A program made the translations under genes and the position numbers. DNA of 64,000 nt from Octopus vulgaris (Eukaryota): assembly GCA_951406725.2 (NCBI GenBank), contig OX597821.1, forward strand, positions 59,706,001 through 59,770,000, given 5' to 3'. This document shows, in pieces, positions 49,442-63,626 of this stretch; within the stretch, counting starts at the first letter, position 1, and each line of letters opens with the position of its first letter. Below the pieces are notes generated by a model. That model had not been told where the DNA came from. It did not search any database and worked only from the letters and a program-made list of their open reading frames with translations.

Positions 49442-50594
49442 GTAAGAAAACTTATTATTTTGCAATGGTGATCTCCGAGAAGTTCCTTTGATTAACATCC
49501 TTTTATTCCTCTAGTTTTCTTGTTTCATCTCTTCTCATCCATTCTCCCCACTCCTTTAGGAAATTCTGAACAAACCGAAATGAATTTCATAGAGTAAAAA
49601 TTAATGTTGCAGTTTTAGTTTTAAGTGTTACAAAGAGATTACTTTACTATAAACTTCTTTTATTGCTTGTGTCAGGGGAGAGTCGTTTTCTTTTTGTGCC
49701 TTATAATTTAACACACACATCGGTAAAAGTTCCACTTATTTCTTATTTTTATTGGGATGTCAGATAAATACATTCGTTTTTGTTTTGTTTCATTTTTCTA
49801 CTTGACACTAAATCATCATGTTTGAAAAGAGGTAAAATTTATAGAAATTTCAGAAACGATGAACAAAAGTTGTAGAGAAAGAAGTGAGCTACAAAAAAGT
49901 AAACCTATAAAATACTATGATAAAAAAATAATGTGTTAATTCAAATAACATTGGTAAGAATTAAAATAAAACAGGAGGCGGGGGCCGAAAACTTTAAAGT
50001 GACAACCAAATACAAATCAATGAATGGGCGAAGGTACGCCGAAAACAGGTGGTCTGCATATTCTTTACCTCCGCCAATGAATATTGGAAAATTTATTATT
50101 GTTGTCGATACTGGGTGGGTTACCAAGCCTGCAATCAAATATCAAGTTCCGATAAATACACTTAATGAATTGTGTCTCTCGCATATGTTTTCACCTGTAA
50201 CAACAGGCTATCACATTTGTGTTAACAAACAATTATATTAAGCTTGAAACTTGTAAAATGAGTAGGAGAAAAATGCGTTTCTATATTATGTTTGGGATTT
50301 GTTGTGAGTCATCCCGGGTGTGTAAGGGAAGTTGAAATGAATCGGTTTTTTTCTATTTTTTATTTGAATCAAACATATTTTTCTAGTTCCTATGTGTTTT
50401 CAAACAGTATTTGAAAATTATATTTGTTCCATGAATACACACATGAAAATGGGGACACACACACAAAACATGCAGTTATACAGACTAAATCCTTTGATAC
50501 GGGTACACGATGTCATTCACTCACACAACCTACCCTCATGACACAGATAAAGAGGCTAGGCTGAAAAAAGATGGTTAATGACGTTTTCTCCTGA

Positions 50595-51045
50595 TACCTA
50601 TTTCTTTATTACCCACAAGAGGCTAAACACAGAGGGGACAAACAAGGACAGACATAAGTATTAAGTCGATTACATCGACCCCGAAAGGATGAAAGGCAAA
50701 GTCGACCTCGGTGGAATTTGAACTCACACGTAACGACAGACGAAATACGGCTACGCATTTCGCCCGGCGTGCTAACGTTTCTGCCAGCTCGCCGCCTTGT
50801 TTTCTCCTTATACCTATTTTTTACTACCCACAAGGGGCTAAACACAGAGAGGACAAACAAGGACAGACAAACGGATTAAGTCGATTACATCGACCCCAGT
50901 GCGTGACTGGTACTTAATTTATCGACCCCGAAAGGATGCAAGGCAAAGTCGACCTCGGCGGAATTTGAACTCAGAACATAAAGACAGACGAAATCCCGCT
51001 AAGCATTTCGCCCGGCCTGCTAACGATTCGGCCAGCTCGCCGCCT
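50595..51045 (-). mobile_element. Young tandem pair of SINE family B copies
   Basis: CpGs intact; flank gttttctcct(t/g)atacc occurs three times. Confidence 0.88.
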
Positions 51046-51142
51046 TGTTTTCTCCTTATACCGACATCCGTATACCTGTACCGAAGGATCACCTACACAA
51101 ACAGACGCATGCGCGTACACGCACATACATATACATGTTACG

Positions 51143-51206
<64 letters not shown>

Positions 51207-51208
<2 letters not shown>

Positions 51209-51780
51209 AGGCGCATGGCTCAGTGATTAGAGCATCAAACTTACAATCGTGGGGTTATAAATTCGATTCCCAGACCGGCTGTTTGTTGTGTTCTTGAGCA
51301 AAATACTTTATTTCATGTTGTTCTAGTTCACTCAGCTGTAGGAATGAGTTGCAAGTTACTGCTGCCAAGCTCTGTCAGCTTTTGCCTTTCCTTTGGACAA
51401 CATGGGAGACTGCTGGTCTTCCATAAATAACCTTGCCTGAGCTTGTACCTCAAAGAGGAACCTCCTAGGTGCAATCCCATGGTCATTTGTGACTGAAGGG
51501 AGTCTAAGACTAAGATCATCATCATCGTTTAACGTCCGTTTTCCATGCTGGCATGGGTTGGACGGTTTGACTGAGGTCTGGAAAGCCAGTGGCTGCACTA
51601 GGCTCCAATCTGATCTGGCAAGGTTTCTACAGCTGGATGCCCTTCCTAACGCCAACCACCCTGAGAGTGTAGTGGGTGTTTTTTACATGCCGCCAGCACA
51701 ACAGCCAATCAAGAGGGCCTGGCATCGATCACATTCAGATAGTGCTTTTTTTTACATGGCACCAGCACGGGAGCCAGTCA
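51207..51780. mobile_element. SINE family C copy (+) abutting an RTE 3' UTR (-)
   Basis: ggcgcatggctcagtgattagag A-box, aattcgattcc B-box; (CAT)n RTE tail from 51517. Confidence 0.75.
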
Positions 51781-51931
51781 TATATCTCTTATGATAAAAG
51801 GCAGATTTTCTCTGCCTGTTCCCATGTTCCTTTTTAATACAATTCTACAATATAGAATTTCTTCAATTGGAACTCACTCCACTCACAAATTACTATATAT
51901 ATTTTTCTAGCAACTCTCTCTTCTTTATGAA

Positions 51932-51969
<38 letters not shown>

Positions 51970-53175
51970 CAGTTGCGGCCAAAATGTTCAGAACGGCATT
52001 GTTTTCGTCAGAAAAGTAGATATATGTTTTTATCAAAGTTGTTTTATATTCTATAATTTTCACAGACAATAAATACGATATTATTTGTTATTGTCTGAGA
52101 TTTTGATGTAATTTGAGAGGATAATAAAAAAGTAATGGATGATTTAGTGATTTACTGCAAAACCCATGGCGACCAAAACGATCAGAACGGTTGCTTTTAC
52201 TCCATGTTTTAGTATATTTAACCGTCGAACTCTAATGTTTTGAATTTGTTTACGTGACAGTTCGTTTACTAAACATTAGTAAGAATATCTGCAGTGTACT
52301 TTGTTAATATAACGCCACTTACTCCGTTACCAATTCATCTGCAGATTATTAAGCTTCAAAAGAAGGGTAATTTAAGTATTAGGTCTATTGCAAAGATTGT
52401 TAACAAGTCAAAAAGTGTTGTTCACGGTATTCTTAAGGTCTACGATGATTGTGGTTCATGTGAAGATAGAAAGTCTACAGGTAGGCCAAGAAAAACGACC
52501 AAGAGAGAAGATCGTGCTATGGTAAAGTTGGTTAAAAAGGACAGATTTAAAACTGCTGCTGCTGTTTTTCGGGAAATGAGCATTGTACTGAAGAAAACTT
52601 TATCTCGAAAAACTGTGTCTCGTCGTTTAGTTGAACATGACCTACAAGCAAGAGCACCTGCAGTGAAGCCACTGATCAGCTCCAAGAATAAAAAGTGTTG
52701 TCTTACCTTTGCAACCGAACATGTGCTGTGGTCTCAAGAAAAATGGCAAACGGTGCATTTCAGTGATGAATCTAAGTCTATGTTATTCGTCGAAAGTAGG
52801 TGAAAAATTGTCACCTAAATGCCTTAAGACTAGTGTTAAATTCGGTGAAGGAAGTGTCATAGTTTGGGGGATGATATCTGGAGATGTTGTGGGCCCTTTG
52901 CTGCGATTACATGGAAAGGTAAATGCAGGAGTTTATAAACAACTTGTAAAAAATCATGTCTTGCCTGTGCTGAGAAATTCAACTAAGCGACCACCCATAT
53001 TCATGCAGGTCAATGCCCCATGTCACAAGACTAAGGTGGTCATGAACTTCCTCAAGGCTGAAAAGGTTATTGTTATGGATTGGCCTGCTCAAAGCCCAGA
53101 CCTCAATCCTATTGAAAATGTGTGGAATATTCTAGGAGAACGTTTGAAAGCCAGAAATCCTAAAACAACCGATCC
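51970..53175 (+). mobile_element. Tc1 element of IR/DR type, 3'-truncated, frameshifted transposase (~52340-53170)
   Basis: TA|CAGTTGCGGCCAAAATGTTCAGAACGG with inner repeat gaccaaaacgatcagaacgg (~52170); STGRPRKTT, VHFSDESK, SVKFGEGSVIVWG, IFMQVNAPCH, DWPAQSPDLNPIENVW. Confidence 0.9.
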
Positions 53176-54250
53176 AATAGGATCTAACAGAAGGATCAAC
53201 TATTAAGATTGACTGCTGTTTGGTAAAAAGAGCCATTAAGAATATGAAGGTAGGGAAAGAAGCTGGATCATCAGAGATTGTCACTAAAATACTGAAAATA
53301 TCTAGTGATATCGAATGTGTTTTGGTTACTCCTGTATTTAATCAGATGGTGCAGAGATGTATTATTCCCAATCATTGGCATAACAGCAGCAGTATGAGTT
53401 GTTACAAGGCCAAAAGTGATGCTTTAGAAATGAGTAAATCCAAACATTAAATTAATGTAATTATGAAAAAGACAGAGAGAATTATAGCAAAGTTAGTCAG
53501 GAAGAGAACTAGGATAGACATGAGATGTACTTTGGGTTTGTGCTATTCCTTGAAATTACTAATATCTTCTTAGTGAGGTATCTACAAGAAACTTTTTCTG
53601 CCAAGAACAAACCATTATATCTAGCATTTATTGAGTTGAAATTGATCTTTGACAGAGTTCTATGCTTAATAGTTTGGTAGTTGCTGAGAAAACTTAGCAG
53701 TAGAGGAATGGCTTGTAAATGCTACACAGACCTTGTATGAGAATATATTGGTGCCCTTGTTTTTAACTTAGCCTTCCAAGCCATAACAGAGGAGTTCAAG
53801 ATTGGCTGCATGTAGGAAAAAAGTCTTGTGTGCTGACAACTTGGTTCTCAGATGAATCAATCAGAGGAGTAGAAGAAAAAATTCCTAATATAGAAGTAGC
53901 GTGTAGACCTAAAGACTATTTCAACAAAAATGGGGAAAAAAAAACAACAAAAAAAAACAATACACTATTAACAACTGAGAATTGTTCGTGCTCAATATGC
54001 AGAAAGGGAGTAGGGGTGGAAATGTGACAAGGAATAAAGACTCAATTGCTCAGAAAGTAGTAACTGATGGGTTTCATTAGCTTGGTGACCTAATTAAGAG
54101 TGGAGATGTTATGAAAGTATGGTAGAGTGAGATCAGAGCAGAACAAGTTCTATAGGACATTACTATCCACCCATGACTAAACAACGAAGGTGTATGAGAT
54201 TTGATTGTAGCAGAAATATGAAGGTCAGGTATACTTTTGGTCTCACGCTT
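53176..54250 (+). mobile_element. Highly decayed RTE reverse-transcriptase fragments
   Basis: VKRAIKNMKVGK.AG.SEIV.KILK...W.NS....YK.K.DALE; LAKNKPLYLAF. Confidence 0.65.
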
Positions 54251-55952
54251 GTCTTCCACACAAATACCTATTCTTCTTTTTCTGACAAAAAGCCTTTTAC
54301 ATCATTTTTGCTGTCTATATTGTCAATGCTACATATATGAGGTGGGTCTAAAACTCCTCTTAACATTTCCTACTTGTTGTTTAGTTCCCAAATCAATCAT
54401 ATTCCAGCCTTGACCATCCTATCCTGTCTTATATCTGTTCTTTTTTCGAATCTAGTGTTTCTCTGTCTTTCTTTTTAAGATGGCAGGTTTTGATATGTGG
54501 AATATTTAGTAGCTATTTCTAGCAAGCTAGGCAACCTCATAGATGCTCCCTTGCTGACTTTTCAATTTCCGGTCATAGCAACAAATGGCTTGAGTAATTG
54601 ATAAGAAAGAAGTGAAAAAAACCTCTTGTAGATCCTGTTGTGTCTGGGGAGAGTCATTCTCTTTCAGTGCCTTATAATTTAACACATTCACTGGTAAAAT
54701 TTCCACTTATTTCGTTTTTATTTTTCTAAAATTTTCATTGTGTCTTGCAAACTTTCCAATAGTTTTGACTGTCTGTTACTCACACAATGCGTTCCTTTTT
54801 GTTTGTTTGTGCGCATGTGTGTGGATCAGTATGTGTGTGTGTGTGTGTGTGTGTGCCTATGCATGTATGTATGCATGTTTGTGTATGCATGTATGTGTGT
54901 GTGTGTGTGTGTGGATATGTATCTATTTATGTGTGTACATTTGTATGTATTCTGCATATTCATGTGTTAAGACAACTAATCACTTGAAACTTCATTGCTA
55001 CTGTCATTGAGTCATAATGTCTTATCTCTCTAGGACACAGTGACGTAAAGCAAATCTCTCTTTTAATCTGTATTCATAGGAATTCAGTTCAATTCAACAT
55101 TTTAAAACAATTAATGTCATTGCTATCTGCTGTAGTAACATGTTCCTTTTTTGTGAAAGCAAGGAGGCTTGTGACATTTGAAATAACCTATTTTGATATC
55201 AGCCACCGATTCTTTTAGGTATTGATTTAACACTGTTTGCTTTCGGCCAGTATTCAAACCTCAGAAGACATGAGGTTGGTTATAAAGTAAAATTCGATAT
55301 CTTCAGTTCAGTTTTTGTACCAATCCTTGTTTATGGCCATGAATGTTAGGTAGTGACTAAAATAGTATTGTGTAATACAAGCTGCCAAGTTGGAGTTCCT
55401 CTGGAGGATCTGTGGAATAACATTACCCAACAGGTTGTGTAAGTTGGAGATCAGGGAATCTATCCAGGTCAAGCCTATGGACAAGTTATTAGAAAGTTGC
55501 TGGAAAGAATCCCAAGACAGATTCTTCAAGCCAAGTCAACCAGTGGGAGACCTAGTGGTTGACCAAGAACAAGATGGTTGGATACTATCCATAGTCTTAG
55601 TTGGTCATGCTTGGTCATCCAACCAGAAAGTCTAAGGATAGTTACTTCTGATAGTACCCTGTGGTGGAGGTGCTTGAGGACTCTAACCTCACAACCCTCA
55701 CAGAAATAGTGGGTAGAGAAGATGGATGGATGGACTATCTTCATCATGATTATCGCCACCATTTCACAGAGTTTGCACTATTTGTTATGACTCTTTTACA
55801 TTCTGGGTTCTAATTTTGCTGAGGTCAGCGTCTTCTTTTGTCCTTTCGGGATTCAATAAAATAAAGTAATGGGCAAATATGTGGGGTGAGAAAGGTAATA
55901 TAATTAACCATTCACTCAACCTAATTTCTGACTTATGTCTATGTAAGAAATT

Positions 55953-56342
55953 ATTACCTCGACCTTCACTAAGGTGGAGGTATTGTTTTCAGTCGCATTT
56001 GTTTGTTTGTCCATGGACAAGATATCTCAAGAACTGCTGGATGGATTTGGATTAAACTTTCAGGGATGTTTGGCCTCGTGACTGGCACAAACTGATTAGA
56101 TGTTGGGATTGATCCAGTGCTGGACAAGAATTCTGGATTATTTTACCGTTTTTTTTTTTTGTTTTGTTTTGTTTTTTTACTTAATTTTTGTGAGCTGTCA
56201 GGTTCATTTTTAGTATTCTCATTTGTGAGAGCAGTCGAGTTTATTTCAGATATTCACATTTTAAAAATCATCTCTGGCTAATGGTTGAGAGGATGTTGGT
56301 GTTGCCTTGGCGGAGGTTTTACACTCTCTGAGTGCTCTTGTT
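55953..56342 (+). mobile_element. Helentron/HINE-type non-autonomous element
   Basis: attacctc...ggaggtattgttttc...tttgtttgtttg...atctcaagaactgctggatggattt...gccttggcggaggt...ctctctgagtgctcttgtt: subterminal IR and 3' hairpin, T-rich target. Confidence 0.7.
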
Positions 56343-56609
56343 ATTGTTATTATTATTATTATCAAGGTGATGAGCTGGCAGAATTGCTACTGTGCTGGAT
56401 AAAATGCATAATGGTATTTCTTCTGGTTTTATGTTCTGGGTTCAAATGCTGCCAAGGTCAATTTTTGCCTTTCATCCTTTAGGGTTCAATAAAATAAGTA
56501 ACAGTTGAACACTAGAGTTGATGTAATCAACTTATTCCCACCTTTGTGCCAAAATTTGAAACCATGACTATTATTATTATTATTATTATTATTATTGTTA
56601 TTGTTATTA

Positions 56610-57039
56610 TATGTTTGACTTTTGCTTTGTATTTGTACAAGTTGACTCCAAGTCTCACCCAGAGAACTCAAGAGACAAGTTAGAAGTTCATGTTGGTGTT
56701 ATGACTAAGGTACCATATATTTGGTGTTGCACAAAGTACTGTGCTAGAGAATGTCCAAGAAAACATGAGAAAATTATAAGTTTGTTTTAAGATTTGGGAT
56801 TACATAGACAGTATTTTAAGTAGGATATGGGCAATTCCCATGAGCACTATTTTTTTAATTTCTGCCATTTTGGGATTTCCTGATGTCTGAACTATGATTC
56901 CCAGGGTATTGTTTTAGTCTGACAACAGGTATTGTTTTAGTCTTGAGGTCTCACATTTTGCCAATTTCTATTTCAAGATCTTTATACTTGCTCAGTTTCT
57001 GGTTGGTATCAACTGATACATTTATGTCGATTGGGACAG

Positions 57040-57042
<3 letters not shown>
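56610..57042 (-). mobile_element. R4/Dong-like RLE 3' fragment between (TAA)n tracts
   Basis: MTVPIDINVSVDTNQKLSKYKDLEIEIGKM; flanked on both sides by (ATT)n. Confidence 0.75.
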
Positions 57043-57098
<56 letters not shown>

Positions 57099-59624
57099 TT
57101 TATTTTTATTATTAAGACAGTGAGCTGGTATTTCATCCATTCTTATATTCTGAGTTCAAATTCTGCTGAAGTTGACATTGTCTTTAATCTTTTGAGGTCG
57201 ATGAAATAAGTACCAGTGATACACTGGGGAGTGGGGATGGGGGTCGATGGAAATGACTAGTCCCTTCCCCCAAAATTTCAGGCTTTGTACCTTTTGTAGA
57301 AAAGATTATTATTATTGTTGTTGTTGTTGATATCATGGTCATCACCAACTTGGTAATAATGTGCAACAACTTCTTTTGCCATCATATTACCACACAGGAA
57401 ATCAGGCAGTCTTCCTTCTCCACCTCCTCCTCCTCATCACCACCATCATCATCAGTAGCTGCAGTAGTGGGGCAGGGGACATAGTATTTAGTGGCTGTAC
57501 TAGTATTTCTTTCCAGTATTTTAATTCCTTGTAATCTTTATGCAACAAATAAACCTGTAAAAACGGATCTTGATTGCTGATTATTTGTAAGATAAATTTT
57601 ATTTATCTATCACAGTTTCTAGTTTACATAACTTCTTCACTAAGAAATTTCAGTTCGTTATCACAATGATTTCAGTCTATATTTATGAGCCAATGAAAAA
57701 TCCTTTCCTGGTTGCTCGGCCTGCAGTCAACAAATCACGGACTAATTTCTTCAATGAATATGAGATGAGCCAAGACATAGTACCACAAAAGTTGACTTAA
57801 AAACTGACTTAACAGATCCTATCAGGTGGTGTTTTTAAGTTAAACATGACCTGGGCCAATCTTTGGCTGTGTAACCGAAATGCCTATCATCATATATTTG
57901 TTTGATCAGGGTAAAAAAAAAGTAACTTTTTTCCTCATCTGTGACTTACTGATGCATACCATTTTATCTACCTTACTGTAATTTGAGGATATGCCCTAAA
58001 ACCTCTTCATTACCACCCTTCTTTTTCTTCCATTTGTGATAGCCATGTATCTCCTCTATAGCAAGACACCTATTCTTGTCCCTTTATCTCTCATCAGCTG
58101 GCATAAAACCACATCTTTCTATACTACTTCCCACTCAGTTGAGGGGTCATCTTGTGAATTGGTGATCTCAGTGCCACATAAAAAGCATCTAGCACACTCT
58201 TTAAAGTTTCTGTCTACCAAATCCACTCATAAGGCTTTGGTCAGCCCGAAGCTATGGTAGAAGACACTTGCCCAAGGTGCCACGCAGTGGGACTGAACCC
58301 GGAACCATGTGGTTGGTAAGCAAGCTACTTACCACACAGCCACTCCTAGCAGCATCTGTGGAATGTATTTAAGGCATATTTCCTGGCTCAAATCTTTCCA
58401 CTTCATTCCTCTTAATACATTTGCTCCCTCTACTGCTCTTTTAATTCCTTTAGCCTCCAACACCTTTTCAACCATATCTCCTCCTGTATTGAGGACAGGT
58501 ATCTTGCTTCATCCTTCTCTGAAGTCATCATCCTTGGTGACTTCAACACTTACAATTCCTTATAACTCTCTAACGCATCCCATACTGATGCTACTGCCAA
58601 AGACACTGAATCTCTTACAATTCTCCACTTCCTGCATCAGCATGTCTCATTTCCTACACACATTGTAGGCTGACACTCAGCTAACTCCAAACACCCTTGA
58701 TTTCTTTTTCATCTCTAAACCCAGTCTCCACCAAGCTGTAACTGTCTCTACACCTTTGAGGTCATCTGACCTCTACATCAAGTCCTACTCTCTGTACCTT
58801 CATATCACTTCAAGTCAGCTGGCTGATTAGTTTTATACCAACTATCCCTAGCAGCATATGGGATTCTCACTCCCGACCCACCAGAAACAGCTACCAGGTG
58901 ACTGAAACTATCCTTTTAGACATGTTCAAATGGTGTTTTTTACATGCCACCTGCACAGGAGTCAGTCCAGCGGCACTGGCAATGGCCTCGCTTGAATGTT
59001 TTGTTCACATGCCACTGGCACAAGTGCCAGTAAAGCGACACTTGTAACAATCACACTCAAATGGTACTTTTTACGTGCCACCGGCATGGAAGCCAGACAG
59101 CTGCTCTGGCAAAAACATCTTCACACCATATCCTCCTTAGATATGAGCAGCACACAACTAGAACTCTTACAATTTCTCCAAAGTTGGACTTCATTATCAC
59201 TGAGGATCTTTCCTGACAAAAACACATTCTCAACATGGATAGAACCTCATCTCAATGACTAGCTCTTTTCTTCCGAGCCAGAAGATACTTATTTTTTTAT
59301 TAAGTCCTAAGACTCCTGAATGTAGTGGAAGCCCTTTGTGTGTGTGTGTGTGTGCGCGCGCGCGTGCGTGTTTGTGTATGTGTGTGTGTGCTTGAGATTG
59401 TGTTTGTCCCCTACCACCACAAGACAACCTGTGTTCGTTTGGTTACATACCTGCAACTTAACAGTTCAGCAAAAGAGACTGACAAAACAAGTACCAGACT
59501 TAAAATAAGTCCTGGGGCTGATTTGTTCAACTAAACCCATCAAGATGATGCCCCAGCATGACCACAGTCTAGTGACTGAAACAAATAAGACAAAAGAAAA
59601 TAATAAAAGAAATAATAAAAGACA

Positions 59625-60200
59625 AGCAACTGAGACCTTTGGAGATATGCTGTACCTGAGAAGACCCACAAAGCCAAGTGAGATTGTAGTCATGGCCAAT
59701 GCCAGTGTTGCATAACTGGTCCATTTAAAAGCACCCTTCAATTGCCGGGCAATATACCTTGCTTGTGAAGACCTGTTGAACTGAGTGAAATTGTAGTTTT
59801 GCAACACTAATGCTGCCTGACTGGCACCTGTGCCGGTGACATGTAAAAAGCACCATCTGAGCGTGACATGCCAGTATTACCTGACTGGCACCTGTACTAG
59901 TGACATGTAAAAAGCACCATTCAAGCATAACCAATGCCAGTACCACCTGACTGGATCCCATGCCAGTGGCACATAAAAAGCACCATTTAAGCATGGCTGA
60001 TGCCAGTGCCACCTGACTAGCTTCCATACCGGTGGAACATAAAAAGTACCCACTACACTCTCAGAGTGGTTGGCTTTAGCAAGGGCATCCAGCTGTAGAA
60101 ACCTTGCCAAATCAGATTGGAGCCTGGTGCAGCCTCCCAGTTTGCCATCCAACCTATACCAGCATGGAAAGCAGACATTATATGATGATGATGATGATTG
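59625..60200 (+). mobile_element. RTE LINE 3' UTR with expanded ~60-bp tandem units
   Basis: repeated cctgactggcacctgt...catgtaaaaagcacca units; (GAT)n tail. Confidence 0.8.
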
Positions 60201-61758
60201 TTGCCAGGAGTACCAATGAAAGCATTGGTATTGATGTACAAGACGTAATAGTGTTCAGGAATAAATTTATAATGGTTTCATAGAAAACCTGAGGCTTGTT
60301 TGAATTGCAGTACTGTTTACATAGTAAAATGCTTTAGAAAAGTTCATAAATGTTATTCCAGCATGGTTTTTTCTCTTGTGTCAGCTCTCAATACATATTC
60401 TTTATTTATATCTTTAATTATAGTATTGCTTAATTATAGTATACCTTTAATTATAGTATTACTTAATTATAGTATATCTTTGATTATAGTATTTTTTCAG
60501 TGGTACTTCTATTTACCCTGAAGCCATACTAAGAACCTAGAATTAATTCAATCATTTTTGTTCTTCATTGTGTGAGAAGCACCTAACTTGAGACTGTCCT
60601 GGAGTTGAGAAAGTAAGTCATTGATGTTGTGAATGGTGACATAAGGTCTTTGACAAACCTAACTGATTGATTGACCGAACAATTTATCAATCAATCAATT
60701 AGTCAAATGGTTAAATGTTAATGAATTGACTAATTATAATAAAAGAAGTGAAATAGAATCAATGTGTGTGTTTATTATTGGCATAATGACCCTCCCGGGA
60801 TACAACAAAAACTTGATTAAAGATGTTGTACTTTTACACATGATTGATAATTTGATGTGATTTTTCTAGAACACTACTGTTTCCTTTATTTGGGATTAAT
60901 ACTATGCTGTTATAGTGTTTCTCCATTCTTCTGATGGATAATCTACAAGGATTATGGAATACATAATTTGCAAGAGAAGTTTGGCATGGTGAAAAATTTG
61001 GAAGTGCATCTCTGAAAATTCCATCTGATCCAACAACTTTTCCACAATCAGTCAAACTTGTCGTTCTGTTTAATTCTTCATTATTAATTAGTATAGTAAA
61101 TATTTGATAAGTATTAAGTATTAGAAATTATTGGAACACTTAATAACTTTAATTCTATCATGCTGTATTCCTGGTATAGTGGGAATAGGCTAAACATCAT
61201 CTCTGCTAGATTCTCGGTAAAACTATGATGAATAACTCATTTAGAAAAAGATGTGGCTGATTCTGTTCATTAGTTTGCCTGCAACCATTAATCTTGAGCT
61301 GTTTATGCAACTACTTATATTTTTGCTTAGAAACCCAGGTGGAGGGTAATGTTAGACACAGGGGCCTGGGTCTGAGAGGGTTAACATGTAAAACATGAAA
61401 AACTCTGTTGCCTCTCATTAATTTTCTCTGGTCAACCTTTCCTGAGGAAGGACCCTGTCTGAATTGGATTTTCCACTCCCCAACTTAGTTTTTTCTCTAT
61501 ACAAGTCTTGTTGATGTAAGACCAACACCAATCTCTTTAGTGTCTGTTTGACCGCATGAATCTTTCTCAATGGAGTCTGTCATCCTAGTTGAGGTTTATT
61601 TTGTTTTCTTGATAGTGACCTTGTCAATCATCTGCATTGTTTCTGCATTGTAATGTTGTTGTATTTCTCTTCTTCATTCAAACATAGTTTGTTGCTCAAT
61701 ACTTTGAGTTGTTGAAGATGACATCATTTCTGAGTTGTTTTGTTTGAATTATTTCAGA

Positions 61759-62050
61759 ACATTATTTACATTTGATGGGCATATGGCGTAGTGGTTAAGA
61801 GCACGGGCTACTAACCCCAAGATTTTGAGTTTGATTCCAAGCAGTGACTTGAATAATAACAACAACAACAATAACATCAAAAAATACCTTAGGAATGAGA
61901 ACCCAGGTTCGAAATTTCTCCAAGACACCTGATGAAGACTGGAGGGTATATCAGCCGAAACGTTGTGTTAACAACAAACAAGATGGGGACAAATATCCGT
62001 CAAATGTAAATAATGTACATAATTACTCATCTCTTAAATATAGAACTGTA
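61759..62050 (+). mobile_element. tRNA-headed SINE-like element with Penelope-type hammerhead tail and inverted 5' flank
   Basis: A-box TGGCGTAGTGG 61784-61794, B-box-like GAGTTTGATTCC 61827-61838; gacac-CTGATGA-a-gactg..cagcc-GAAA-cgtt-gtgtt 61924-61969. Confidence 0.6.
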
Positions 62051-63626
62051 TTTCAGAACTGCTTCTCTATAAACATTGAGTTTGCTTTGATGAGGTTTTG
62101 GAACTTTTTATTTTTCCACAGTCATCACCATCATAGCCCTCATCATCATTTTAATGTCCACTTTTCCATGCTAGCATAGATCAAGGAAAATTTTGTTGAG
62201 ACAAAGTGTCTATAGTTAGATGCCCTTCCATTCTTCAACCCTCGCCTGTTTCCAGGTAAGGTAATATTTTTTCAAGACCAAATGTGTTTCTATGAAAGAC
62301 TGGGAATAAAGGACACTGCTTGATGGAGACATTTGTTTAAAACCATAACATGATGTCATGGCAAGGAGAAAGTAATGCACACACACGCACGTGCACACAC
62401 ACACACACAAAATAGGCTTCTTTTAGTTTCTATCCACCAAATCCACTAACAAGACTTGGAGCTTGAGCAGAAGACACTTACTAGCCCAAGGTGCTACATA
62501 GGTGGATTGAAACTAGAAACATGTGGTTTGGAAGCAAACTTCTTACAATCACACCTACACCTATATGTGTCATGATGTGTCATATATCAATTCTGTAAAT
62601 TAATACAAAAAAATGAAAAAAACCTCCCTGTAAGCTTAAATAAAAGGAACAGGTAATCATTGTATGATCTCTTAGGACTTGCATTAGCCACAGTATTTTA
62701 ACTTTGGTCGCAAGCAGTTTCCTGCGTTGATGTCTAACAATACAATCCAACTTGGCTTTCTTGTTGTGATATCACACATTTATTTCATTTTAAGTTGAGA
62801 AAGACTTTCTCAGACAAACTAAAGAAAATGAAGGAGAATGTAATATTGTTGACTCATTACATTTGTAGAAATTTAATCTGGAGGTGGGTTGAAATTTTTT
62901 TTTTTTTGTTAATATTTATTGTTTAGAGTAGTTTTCACTTTCATGTCTCTAGCTATTTTTAGAATGTCTCAACAAGATATCTTATCTTGAGAAAATCATT
63001 ATGCCAATAATAATAACAACACATGCACAGGTTCAATTCCACTTCTTTCATTTGTTTAACTTATTGGTTAAACAGCCAGGGGTTTTTTTTTTATGTCAAG
63101 GTTCTTTCATTGCCATTCGTAACCTTCTCAGCCTGTATTGAAGGTTGCTATTGCCTATCTGAGATCTGGTCCTATGACCTAATTACATCAACAAGATATT
63201 TTATTGACACATGATCTATAATTGCAATCAATAATCTCATTTGTATTAAAATATGTTGCAGTTGGCATTTAACAACAAATAATATGAGTGCACATTTGTG
63301 TCAAGTGGTTGTAGAACTTGTGGACCTTGGTATAGAACGAGTCCTGTTTGAGACACGGCAAAAAAGTGAACACCTCCATAGTTTTATATATTTTCATATT
63401 GATTATATATTTGTGTATGAAGGTGCATGGCTTAGTGGTCGGAGTGTTTGGTTCATGAGTGTACAGACATGAGTTTGATGCCCAGTAGCATGTGTCCTTG
63501 AGCAAGACACTTTATTTCACATTGCTCTGGTCCATTTAGCTGGCAAAAGTGAGTAGTATCTACATTTCAAAGGGTCAGCTTTGTGATTGTCTGTGTAACA
63601 CTGAATCTCCCCGAGAACTACGTTGA

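Noticed and set aside
49039-49491. 150-aa ORF as a single-exon gene
   Set aside because: It starts at a non-ATG codon; clarin homology begins at ATG 49213 and ends at the GTAAGA donor (49442), so the remainder is UTR or intron
61780-61850. Functional tRNA gene
   Set aside because: Acceptor stem does not pair, the B box is mutated and there is no T-run terminator; treated as a SINE head
63132-63214. Clarin exon 2 candidate (phase-1 ACIEGCYCLSEIW...); also candidates near 55137 and 57676
   Set aside because: Each runs into a stop without a convincing donor and lacks clarin TM2/TM3 motifs
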